Part shown: piece after piece, positions 1 to 8,363 of the stretch
Layout: each line of letters starts with the position of its first letter
Numbering within the stretch: the first letter of the stretch is position 1
Origin: a virus
Taxonomy: Duplodnaviria; Caudoviricetes
IMG/VR virus record: IMGVR_UViG_3300033414_000006
Span: 1-28,989 of that record
Strand: one strand, 5' to 3'
Length of the DNA stretch: 28,989 nt
Position numbers and translations under genes: made by a program
Notes under the pieces: model-generated
Told to the model about the DNA's origin: nothing
Databases searched by the model: none
What the model saw: the letters and a program-made list of their open reading frames with translations, nothing else

Positions 1-88
1 CAGTTAGCTTTCCTTTCGTGTTGTCCAAGGTTCGATCAACATCAAGATCAAGCCTTGTTTCTCCGGGGAAATACACCACGTTATCCAT
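1..88 (-). CDS. Small phage protein, partial (runs off the window edge): MDNVVYFPGETRLDLDVDRTLDNTKGKLT...
   Basis: Not in the ORF track. ATG at 86-88 lies 6 nt after the stop of 95..724, and the frame is open to the edge. Confidence 0.55.
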   Translation of the reverse strand, partial: MDNVVYFPGETRLDLDVDRTLDNTKGKLT

Positions 89-94
89 TCGAGA

Positions 95-724
95 TTAAGC
101 CCCGTACTTTCCAAGAATACCCGGCACCGGGCGATTGGCAGCAACGTTTTTGGAGAGAACGCCAAGTTTTCCAAGATCCAGCCCACTGCCTCCGCCACCA
201 TAACCAACCCCGTAAAAGGTGCTGGCTTCTCGGCGCTTGCGTTCAAGCTCGGCCTGTTCCTCTGCTGCCGTGGGAGTGAATGCGCTTTGCAGTACGTTCC
301 CGGCAATCATTGTGGCGGCCGGATGGGCTTCGATGAAATTGAGCATGGAGGTTGCTGCGCCTTTCAATGATGCGCCCATGGTGGCTTGGCCAGCTGCGCC
401 AGTGGCAAGAGTCGGCGCTGCGGCGGCGGTTGTGGCTGCTCCACCAACACCAGTTGCGGCAGTTGTGGCGGCACCTTCTATCGCTCCGGCCCCAGTAGTG
501 GCAGCCAATCCACTGGTTGCTGCTGGGGCCGCTCCTGTCGCCCCTAACGCTCCAAGTTCAGAACCAGTAGCCGCCAATCCAGATGATGCGCCAGCACCAG
601 TCCCCCAAGCGCCAAGTGCGGCACCCGCTGTGTAAATGGCGGCGGCGGCTATTAACGCTTTTCCGACCTTGCTTGTAATGACCTTCTTGAAAACCTTTCC
701 GATTTTCTTGAGTGGACTCGACAT
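95..724 (-). CDS. Putative internal virion / DNA ejection protein
   Basis: Basic N-terminus followed by a Gly/Ala/Thr-rich hydrophobic stretch; adjacent to the GNAT gene in the late operon, as in podovirus ejection modules. Confidence 0.55.
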   Translation of the reverse strand: MSSPLKKIGKVFKKVITSKVGKALIAAAAIYTAGAALGAWGTGAGASSGLAATGSELGALGATGAAPAATSGLAATTGAGAIEGAATTAATGVGGAATTAAAAPTLATGAAGQATMGASLKGAATSMLNFIEAHPAATMIAGNVLQSAFTPTAAEEQAELERKRREASTFYGVGYGGGGSGLDLGKLGVLSKNVAANRPVPGILGKYGA

Positions 725-725
725 G

Positions 726-1172
726 TCAAATCTCCTTCAAATAGATGCCGCCAACCCGATTCATTTTGAGTCTACGGTAAAGTTGCTCTGTTCGCTCCAC
801 ATCACCAATTCCTGAGCTGACGGCCATGCCCTTGATCTTTACGTCTGGTCTTGCGTCAGCCCATTCCATGAAGCGTTTTGCGAGAAAATATCCTGCCCGC
901 CTTGAATGCTCGTTGACGTAAAAGAAAACATCGCTCGCTTCCTTCTGCCTACTCCAAATCCACTCATCCACCATGCCAAGAAGAACGCCGTTAACCTCAC
1001 CGCCAACTTCGTCAACCCACGCGAATTGGGTAGGGCTCGATATGATGGTGGAGATGATCTTCCGGCACTTCTCGGGTGAAAGAGGAATGTCTTTGTAGAA
1101 GCTGATCGCATGCGCCTCTTGCATCAGCGCCCAGATTCTCGGCGCGTCGAGATAGGTGGCTTTTCTGATCAA
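726..1172 (-). CDS. GNAT-family acetyltransferase-like protein (virion assembly region)
   Basis: MIRKAT..D N-terminus, FFYVNEHSRRAG (motif A-like) and LYRRL C-terminal motif; T7 gp13-like position. Confidence 0.75.
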   Translation of the reverse strand: MIRKATYLDAPRIWALMQEAHAISFYKDIPLSPEKCRKIISTIISSPTQFAWVDEVGGEVNGVLLGMVDEWIWSRQKEASDVFFYVNEHSRRAGYFLAKRFMEWADARPDVKIKGMAVSSGIGDVERTEQLYRRLKMNRVGGIYLKEI

Positions 1173-2329
1173 GCGTTAGCCCATCCTTCGGGGGTCCATT
1201 GAACTCTATACTCACCTGCATTGTTGCCCCATCTATCGAATTTAGGGAATGTTTTTATCTGCCCCAAGAAAGATCCAGGAGATAAGTTTCCGCTACCTGG
1301 CGGAGGCGTCTGGCCCGGCGCCATACCTCCAGTGGATTGAACGGTTGGTGTAGATTCCGCTTCGCCTGGCATTCTTCCTGTCCAGTCAATAGCGTCCGGC
1401 GGAATTGAGCCGATAAGTTTCAGCCCACTCCCTAGCATTTCTAACTGCTTGTTCTTCCCTGCGTTCTGTTGCTCTGGCGATAGGTCTGGATTTGATGCAA
1501 TCTGTGAAATAGCCTGCATGGTTTGGTTGTACATATTAACCGCAGATACATTATTCTGAAGAGTTAGCTGGTGTTCTTTCTCAATACTCGCAAGAGCGAG
1601 TTTATTTTCCTGATCCAGGTTGGCCATCGTTTCTTGATGGGTTTGCTGAATAGAAAGCAGCTTTTCTTGATTGGCCTGCTGTTTGTCGGTCAACTGCAAT
1701 GTTTGTTCAAATCCAGTTTGTTGGGCGGATTTTTGGGCTTCGATCTGCTGCTGGTTAAGTTCTTTCGAGTACCCAAATCCGGCCTGTTGAGCGGCCTTAT
1801 TGGCTTCGATCTGTTGCTGGGTGAGTTGGGTTGAATATCCGAAGCCAGCCGCAGCCGCAGCTTTGTTGGCCTCAATCTGCTGCTGGGTCAACTGAGTTTG
1901 ATAACCAAAACCAGATTTGGCCGCCTCTTTCTGGGCCTCAATCTGCTGCTGGTTGAGCTGGGTGGAGTAGCCGAAGTTTTCAGCGCCAGCCTCTTTCCCC
2001 GCTTGAATCTGCTGTAAGTTCAAAGCCGATTGCCCCAAGAGCCCTTGGTTCGCCGCTGCTTGTCCTCGATATGCTCCGGCGGCTTCTGTGGCCAATGGCA
2101 TTGCAGCCCCGATAGCCGCTTCCTCGCCCGCCTGCACAGCCATTGAAGATGGCAGTAGTCCCCGTGCATTCCATGATTGTTTTGCGCGCGTCACGGCCTG
2201 TTGCTGGAGTGGATTATCCTTTGCAAGAATACCCGGCAACTGTCCAATAGCAGTCTCTTTCTCGGGGTCGAGTTCTCGAGTTGGTATGGTTATATTCTTT
2301 GCCAGTATTCCCGGATTATATTCGGCCAT
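1169..2329 (-). CDS. Putative DNA ejection / internal virion protein with 22-aa Gln-rich repeats
   Basis: Q/A-rich helical sequence with an NARGLL.SSMAV motif and tandem FGYxTQLxQQQIEA repeats. Confidence 0.6.
   Translation of the reverse strand: MAEYNPGILAKNITIPTRELDPEKETAIGQLPGILAKDNPLQQQAVTRAKQSWNARGLLPSSMAVQAGEEAAIGAAMPLATEAAGAYRGQAAANQGLLGQSALNLQQIQAGKEAGAENFGYSTQLNQQQIEAQKEAAKSGFGYQTQLTQQQIEANKAAAAAGFGYSTQLTQQQIEANKAAQQAGFGYSKELNQQQIEAQKSAQQTGFEQTLQLTDKQQANQEKLLSIQQTHQETMANLDQENKLALASIEKEHQLTLQNNVSAVNMYNQTMQAISQIASNPDLSPEQQNAGKNKQLEMLGSGLKLIGSIPPDAIDWTGRMPGEAESTPTVQSTGGMAPGQTPPPGSGNLSPGSFLGQIKTFPKFDRWGNNAGEYRVQWTPEGWANA
1712..1975 (-). repeat. Four tandem 66-bp (22-aa) coding repeats, plus a partial fifth
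   Basis: Phe codons of the repeat units start at 1975, 1909, 1843, 1777 and 1711, an exact 66-bp period. Confidence 0.9.
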
Positions 2330-2908
2330 TTAAACGCCCCTCTTTTCTTTTCCGCGATGCCATGCCGCAATGCCCACAGCAGCGCCAGGTACTCCAAGGA
2401 TAAGAGCGATAGCGGATGCCAGCGAAGGGATGACATTGATCACCTCCGCTACGGTCATTCCCTCACCTCTGGGTGCGTTCAATGCTGCATAAAACAGATA
2501 ACAACAGAACAGGGTGGCCAAGAACGAGCCAGCCGCCACCGCGAACCCATTGGCCGGACGCCATGCCTTTTGATACCACGCTTCGTTTGCGGAATTCGCA
2601 AGTTCAGACCGCATGGTCTCGTTCACGGTTCCAATGTCGGCGCTGTCGGCCTGTCGCATTGCCACCTCGTTGGTGTAGGCCATCTCCATCAGCTTCGACT
2701 GGTGCGCCAGCTCGAACTCTCTGGCCTTCTGCGCTGCCTCTGGGTTACTTGTGAGCGCCGCCACTACATCGGCTGGCTCTGATGATTTGGAGCCAATGGC
2801 AGACGCCAGAGCCGCCCCTATCGCTGAACCTCCGGGTATGGGTAGGGCCGCACCGAGAAGGGGGAGGCCGATCTTCGCGAGTTGCTGACCAAATTCTTTC
2901 AGGTCCAT
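2330..2908 (-). CDS. Holin, 3TM / GTA-holin-like
   Basis: PLLGAALPIPGG N-terminus, WRP motif, C-terminal TM segments ending in RGKEK; directly downstream of the endolysin. Confidence 0.75.
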   Translation of the reverse strand: MDLKEFGQQLAKIGLPLLGAALPIPGGSAIGAALASAIGSKSSEPADVVAALTSNPEAAQKAREFELAHQSKLMEMAYTNEVAMRQADSADIGTVNETMRSELANSANEAWYQKAWRPANGFAVAAGSFLATLFCCYLFYAALNAPRGEGMTVAEVINVIPSLASAIALILGVPGAAVGIAAWHRGKEKRGV

Positions 2909-2911
2909 GAT

Positions 2912-3334
2912 CTACTCCACCAATTCAATATGGGGCATATCCCAGCCGTAAAGTCCGGATGAGTCGCCTTTCCATAAGCCACCCCACTTGATCTTGTACC
3001 CAAGTAATGAGGCCGCCTGTAAGAACGCCGCCGCCACCATGGCCAAGTGTTCACGCTTCCAGGATGCGGCACCATCTACATAGGCATAAAAATCCAATGC
3101 CTTGCCATAGCCATCAGCGGCTTTCTGGTGCTTGCTTTTCTTAATGTAACCATCGGCCTTGCTCTTCTTCTCGATAAAGAGCTGCATCTGTCTTTGGTCT
3201 TCTCTAACGCCAGAATCTGGCCCGTGGCCAAAATCAACAAGAGTTATTGTGATGGCTAAATCGCTAATCTCGATTAACCGTGGGTCGACTCCTTCACGGT
3301 TCTTTTTTGATGCTTCGCTTAATACGTATGTCAC
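2912..3334 (-). CDS. Endolysin, peptidase M15 family (L-Ala-D-Glu peptidase-like)
   Basis: GVDPRL, SKH...ALD, WGGLW and D.PHIEL zinc-peptidase motifs. Confidence 0.9.
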   Translation of the reverse strand: MTYVLSEASKKNREGVDPRLIEISDLAITITLVDFGHGPDSGVREDQRQMQLFIEKKSKADGYIKKSKHQKAADGYGKALDFYAYVDGAASWKREHLAMVAAAFLQAASLLGYKIKWGGLWKGDSSGLYGWDMPHIELVE

Positions 3335-3633
3335 TATTGTTTCCTCGCTTCTGACTCCGCCCTTAACGCTCCAACTAACGCCGTGCTAGCATCTTTTGGC
3401 TGCATCTGAGAAAGATACAATTCAATCCTCTTGAGCGTGTCCCACGTCACCATCTGTGATCTCACTATAGCCAGCTCTTTTTCGAGCGCGATCAATCTTG
3501 TATCGTGTTGAGATAGTAGTTTATATGATTGCCATTGGAATTTTGCACTTATGGCAACGCCTCCAGCTATGACATAGAGCACGAAGTTCTGTGTCAAGCT
3601 ACCAACAAGTATAGCAAGATCATCGCCGGTCAT
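3334..3633 (-). CDS. Small membrane protein (one TM plus coiled coil); possible holin/antiholin
   Basis: Hydrophobic N-terminal helix; coupled to the endolysin start. Confidence 0.5.
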   Translation of the reverse strand: MTGDDLAILVGSLTQNFVLYVIAGGVAISAKFQWQSYKLLSQHDTRLIALEKELAIVRSQMVTWDTLKRIELYLSQMQPKDASTALVGALRAESEARKQ

Positions 3634-4081
3634 TTCGTTTTATGGCCTTTAATGCGGACGCCAATGTATTCGGGTCGAATCTCCATGGGTCATCGAAACC
3701 AAGAATATAGGCGACGGCTTCTGAGCAAAACATTTTATTCCTATCCTCTCCTATTCTCCTTATAACAAATCCGGCAATACCGAGAACGTCATACAACTTC
3801 CCCTTGATGTTAAATATTCTATCCCTAATGCTTTGTTCATAGGCCAAGCGCTTATCTATTCTGTCAGAAAACCAATCCGATTCTAATCCTAGTTCAATAA
3901 AGTCCCAGTTAGATAGGTCGAAATCAATCCGTTTCTTACGCACACCGCCATCCATAAAACTGCTCGATATAGAAATTCCATCGTCAAGCACCAGTTCTAC
4001 ATGAGAGTACGGACCCCGCGTCCACCATGCTACCAGTTTGTTAAATAGGCGCTTTCGGCCTTTGTAAAGTGCAATTTTCAT
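3620..4081 (-). CDS. Permuted papain-like (NlpC/P60, YiiX/C92-like) protein
   Basis: YSHVEL His motif precedes the G..YD and FCSE Cys motifs, the permuted catalytic order. Confidence 0.75.
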   Translation of the reverse strand: MKIALYKGRKRLFNKLVAWWTRGPYSHVELVLDDGISISSSFMDGGVRKKRIDFDLSNWDFIELGLESDWFSDRIDKRLAYEQSIRDRIFNIKGKLYDVLGIAGFVIRRIGEDRNKMFCSEAVAYILGFDDPWRFDPNTLASALKAIKRNDRR

Positions 4082-4117
4082 ACTTTACCTTATTCGTTTT
4101 TGATTCATTAAAATTGG

Positions 4118-5548
4118 TTATCGCGTATACCCGACAATTGCATAGGTCGCGTTACCTCCGGCTGTCCATTTTACATAAGCGTTTCCAGATACGACTGGAG
4201 CAAAAACTTCCATTGTCGACGATCCGAGTGGTGTAGCAACCGCAGTTGCTACTTGCTCGTAAGTTTCTACGGTCATGATTCCAGAAATAGTCGTACCGGC
4301 GTCACTATATACGTTGATAGTTCCGGTTCTTAACGCGACAGAATTTAACGCTTCGGTTATAACATATAGCCTTAATATCAATCCCGTAGCATTAGTTGGA
4401 GCCGCGATACTTGTTAATGTGTTCAATACCAGTACCGTAGGGGTTGCCATTGTGCTTCGACGGTAAGTTCCTCCGCCAATACTCACATATCCAGACTCCG
4501 CAGAATAAGGATAATTCCCAGCGTGCCAGGCGGTGCTGCCGTTGATGGTTACTGTAGTGTCTGCGTTTACAGACAAAACTTCCGTATACGAAATGGTTCC
4601 GCCAGCCACTCCGGTTGCCGCTACGCTAATGATCGCCGCGCCATTGGATGTGTTTAGATTGAGTCGTGGCGCATAGCCATTTACGGAATAATAAAAGACT
4701 CCAGCGGCATCTGTGTACGCATTTGATATAATACTTAGATTATAGTTCGATGAATGATTTCTGATTAATGCCGAATCACCAAAATCAATGGCATACATTG
4801 ATAAACTACTGCGTCTAGTGGCTCCTATGGAAATGTTATTACCTAGTCCTTGAATTGCTTTATTTGCGTCTAGCACGACGGCTTTCGATGCCTCCGCAGT
4901 CCCAGGCGTCGTAACATCCGTGTAATTCAGCTCGGTTGCCGTTGCAGTAACCGCAGCCCCGCCAATCGAGAAATTCGTCGTGCTTAAATCGGTAAGCCCG
5001 GTTGCACTACCACCAGTTATTGAAACAGCATTGCTATTCTGTGTCGCAATAGAACCCAGACCCATGGTGGTCCGTACAGTTGCGCCAGACTCCAGCCCAA
5101 CAGTCCCTGTTCCAGTGCCGACGATAAAATCGCCATCAACCACGCCGGAGATGTTCGCCTCAAGACCGCCATACTCGTGCTTGAGCTGGCCAGTGGAAGA
5201 AGTAAATGCGCTTAGTGTCGTTGGGTCTGTAGTTCCGTCGCCTATAACGATCTGGCCATCGGCAAGAACACTCATTGCCGTAATTGCGCCAGTTCCAGAG
5301 CCAAGCAAAATCCCGCCATCAGTCAAAGAAGCGGCACCAGTCCCTCCTTGTGCCACAGATAATTGAGGGGTCGTCTCAAGCGCGGTCCCGCCAGAATTAA
5401 CCACAACAACTTCCGATCCATTCCCCGTCAGAGTAGGCAATTTGTCAGATATATCTGATTCAATCGCGGCGAATTCATTTCGCATCGTCGCAGAAGCGCC
5501 TTGCGACCCCGTCGATGGGGACCCTGTCTTTGTGTACCAATCTGTCAT
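4118..5548 (-). CDS. Tail fibre / receptor-binding protein
   Basis: Gly/Thr/Ser-rich with VAQGGTGA, LGSIATQ and AWHAGN fibre motifs; follows the nozzle gene. Confidence 0.75.
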   Translation of the reverse strand: MTDWYTKTGSPSTGSQGASATMRNEFAAIESDISDKLPTLTGNGSEVVVVNSGGTALETTPQLSVAQGGTGAASLTDGGILLGSGTGAITAMSVLADGQIVIGDGTTDPTTLSAFTSSTGQLKHEYGGLEANISGVVDGDFIVGTGTGTVGLESGATVRTTMGLGSIATQNSNAVSITGGSATGLTDLSTTNFSIGGAAVTATATELNYTDVTTPGTAEASKAVVLDANKAIQGLGNNISIGATRRSSLSMYAIDFGDSALIRNHSSNYNLSIISNAYTDAAGVFYYSVNGYAPRLNLNTSNGAAIISVAATGVAGGTISYTEVLSVNADTTVTINGSTAWHAGNYPYSAESGYVSIGGGTYRRSTMATPTVLVLNTLTSIAAPTNATGLILRLYVITEALNSVALRTGTINVYSDAGTTISGIMTVETYEQVATAVATPLGSSTMEVFAPVVSGNAYVKWTAGGNATYAIVGYTR

Positions 5549-5555
5549 GTAGCAC

Positions 5556-7604
5556 CTATCTCAATTGGTTTCTAAAAAGCAAGCGCAGCAGCGCTCCTGA
5601 AAATCTAACTGGAGAGAAATAATCAGAATTCTTTCTGATCGTGATGGCGATGTTTTCTGCGCTGCCAGAAAGCTTCAGGTTTGATGGCGTCAACGTTTGG
5701 CCATCCCAGATGAACGCATCCCACACAAACGAATCCCAGTTAACTCCGGAGAACGAAAGTGTCTCCGTCTGAGAGCTAGGCTGTGAAATATACGTCGATC
5801 CATACCCCAACGTATAAGCCAGTTCAAACTGAGCGTACCCGGTGCCGGAAGCTTCGAGCGTAATGCCCATGTAGCGCTTCTTGATTCTTGGGCGCTTGGA
5901 ATGGTGATAGTGCAGTGTGAAGAACGCTTCGATAGCCGCGCCGTCGAATGAGGTCCCTTTCTCCATCTGGTAAACGAACCCGTCATCAGAGCCAAAGAAG
6001 ATCTCCTCAACACCGCTGGAATTCTCAAGCGAGAACATGCATCTCACTTCTGCTGGGAATAGGACGGGCATTGCGCCAATCAACTTTGGACCGAGGAACG
6101 TAAAATAAATCCCATATCCACTTGAGAAGAACAACCTGTACTGGTTCTTGTCTCTAACGATACAGCTGTCGGTTGCGGTGAATCGCTTCTCATTTAAGAA
6201 TGGTTGAATAAGCGCCGAGATAGTGGCGTCTGCGAAGTTGCCGTAGGTCTGCGCGGCGGACAGAGTTGTTACCCCGCGATCATCTAGGAAGATAGTGCTG
6301 TGAACCTTTTGGATCGTATAGGCGTATGCCCCTGCCTCGTCGCTGTATTTGACAAGATTCCAGTTTGCGCTGGACGTACCATATAGAATATACAGCGCAT
6401 TACGGTTATAAATCGCTATTGTTCCACTTCCATCGGCGGCGGCTTCTGTTTTGAACCCCGTAATTGTGTCTTGAGTGCCAATCGCTGCCGCACCAAGTCG
6501 AAGCGTCCAGTTAAATGGCGTGCCAATGCCGGAGTTCTGGAAATTGTTACCAAAACTAAAAAGTAGCTGATTGACGTGCGCTTTTACATGCGTTGGCGTG
6601 TCGGTTGTCATCCCAGTCGCAATTGGGGCAAAAACGGTTCCGTCAAACTCGAAGCCACGATTTACGCCATCGCATCCGTAGGCGCGCTTTGCTGTTCCGA
6701 AATTGTAATAATCGACTTCGTAACGACCGCTTGGTAGCAACGCTATTGCTGTGCTGTCACCTGCTATCGTTGCCACGTTGAGGGTGGCCCCAACGTTCAG
6801 ATTTTCGGCTTGGAACGTTCCTGTCTGCGATGCAAAAATGAAGCGCCCGGCAGCCGTCCCCGCCGCCCACGATCCACTCTCCAAAGAAACTCGAGTGATA
6901 ACCGCTGTAGCTCCTGATATGGCACCAGTGATGGTGTTTCCTTCCACCACTTCATAAGTACCGCCAGAGGTGAAGCTAAGCTCTCTTCCGAGCGCCACGG
7001 CCGTCCAGCCAGACGACGATGATTTGTAGAGCGCCGCAGCAGTTCCGCCCGCATTGTTGCGAAAGGCATACTTCACATCGCTGAGCATCATAATGCCCAA
7101 TATCCGGCCAGAACCGGGCACGGCGGCTATATCGCTGCGATATTCATCGGCGGCAAGGTTTTTATACTGAGCATGAAGAAGCGCGGACGATGCGCCATCG
7201 ACAATAGCGCCGTCTGGCGTAGTGCCTTGAGGACTGCCGCCGACATTCAGGGTTTCCGCCACGAACGTTCCAACAATCTTGGTTATCACCAGATAATCGT
7301 TATTGACCACCGCAATTACTTTTGCGGTCGCGGCGCTAGTAACCCCGGTAATCGTGTTGCCGACAGCAATACTTCCCGTGATTGTCACATCGAGAATCGC
7401 GTAATCCGCATCGGATGGGCTAGGCTGCCCGTCAAAGCGCTCATAGCCCATGATGTCTTGGTAACCGCCGTTGATATCGATCTCGTAGTTCTGCGAATCG
7501 GACAACGTACCAGGGCGGGTATTGAGTACTGGGGTTACTTGATCAAGACCACCGTTAAACGAGATGTAGTCGAATGACGGTTGCGGAAGCTGCGGGGCCT
7601 TCAT
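5556..7604 (-). CDS. Tail nozzle / tubular protein B (head-closure) type protein
   Basis: SFNGGLD N-terminus, beta-rich 682 aa, located between the adaptor and fibre genes. Confidence 0.7.
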   Translation of the reverse strand: MKAPQLPQPSFDYISFNGGLDQVTPVLNTRPGTLSDSQNYEIDINGGYQDIMGYERFDGQPSPSDADYAILDVTITGSIAVGNTITGVTSAATAKVIAVVNNDYLVITKIVGTFVAETLNVGGSPQGTTPDGAIVDGASSALLHAQYKNLAADEYRSDIAAVPGSGRILGIMMLSDVKYAFRNNAGGTAAALYKSSSSGWTAVALGRELSFTSGGTYEVVEGNTITGAISGATAVITRVSLESGSWAAGTAAGRFIFASQTGTFQAENLNVGATLNVATIAGDSTAIALLPSGRYEVDYYNFGTAKRAYGCDGVNRGFEFDGTVFAPIATGMTTDTPTHVKAHVNQLLFSFGNNFQNSGIGTPFNWTLRLGAAAIGTQDTITGFKTEAAADGSGTIAIYNRNALYILYGTSSANWNLVKYSDEAGAYAYTIQKVHSTIFLDDRGVTTLSAAQTYGNFADATISALIQPFLNEKRFTATDSCIVRDKNQYRLFFSSGYGIYFTFLGPKLIGAMPVLFPAEVRCMFSLENSSGVEEIFFGSDDGFVYQMEKGTSFDGAAIEAFFTLHYHHSKRPRIKKRYMGITLEASGTGYAQFELAYTLGYGSTYISQPSSQTETLSFSGVNWDSFVWDAFIWDGQTLTPSNLKLSGSAENIAITIRKNSDYFSPVRFSGALLRLLFRNQLR

Positions 7605-8305
7605 GCAAGTGTTCCATATATGACCGGGCTAGATAGCTGGTTCATTCGCAGCTGCCCCATCAGCAGCGCCGATTCTTTCTGAGCGCGGGCAACCACTTCG
7701 GCGGCTGATTCAAAGTAGCCGTACTTCTCCAGCGCCTTATAAACAATCAGTTTATGAAACTGAGTTGGCATCTCAGGAGTGTCGGCGTCAGCGGCCAGAA
7801 CCTGAGCGGATCGATGATAGTCCCCGGTGATGACGTAAACTGCATCGGGCGATGGACCGACAACGATATTGTTCTGCGGATCGACAGTGATGTGAGCAGG
7901 TGCGCCGGTTGTCTGTGTCCCCATTTTATAGACGGACTTGAACCATTCCCACGGAACGACTTCTAGCCAATACTCGCCGCCTACCCCAGAAGATTGGAGA
8001 TATGCCTTCGGGGGATCATCGCAGTTGTCGAACATCCAATGGTCAAAACGAGTAATGGCACTAGACGTGAGGCTATCGGTGCAATCGCCATAAGCATAGG
8101 TATCGTCGCTGGCCACGGTGTTAAGCGTGAATGTTACCCGCATCCAGCGCCAAAAAGGATTCATGTTCTGAATGTCGGTGTATGCCTCTTCCGCCCAGTT
8201 GACGAAGCGCTTCAGCTCGCCGGTCTGGTTCGTAACGGCAGTCGGCACGGTACCAGAAAGCCCGGCTTCTTGGCAGGTACGCTGCGTGATCTGGAGATAG
8301 TTCAT
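7601..8305 (-). CDS. Head-tail adaptor (tubular protein A-like)
   Basis: MNYLQITQR start and P.PD..Y...D.PEMP..FHKLIVY.A motif typical of podovirus adaptors. Confidence 0.7.
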   Translation of the reverse strand: MNYLQITQRTCQEAGLSGTVPTAVTNQTGELKRFVNWAEEAYTDIQNMNPFWRWMRVTFTLNTVASDDTYAYGDCTDSLTSSAITRFDHWMFDNCDDPPKAYLQSSGVGGEYWLEVVPWEWFKSVYKMGTQTTGAPAHITVDPQNNIVVGPSPDAVYVITGDYHRSAQVLAADADTPEMPTQFHKLIVYKALEKYGYFESAAEVVARAQKESALLMGQLRMNQLSSPVIYGTLA

Positions 8306-8315
8306 TCAGAACCTC

Positions 8316-8343
8316 AAAAGAATAGGGCCTCCGAAGAGGCCCT
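8316..8343 (-). terminator. Rho-independent terminator
   Basis: Minus strand reads AGGGCCTC-TTCG-GAGGCCCT-ATTCTTTT. Confidence 0.75.
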
Positions 8344-8363
8344 TAATGGGGATGGGATAGCGA

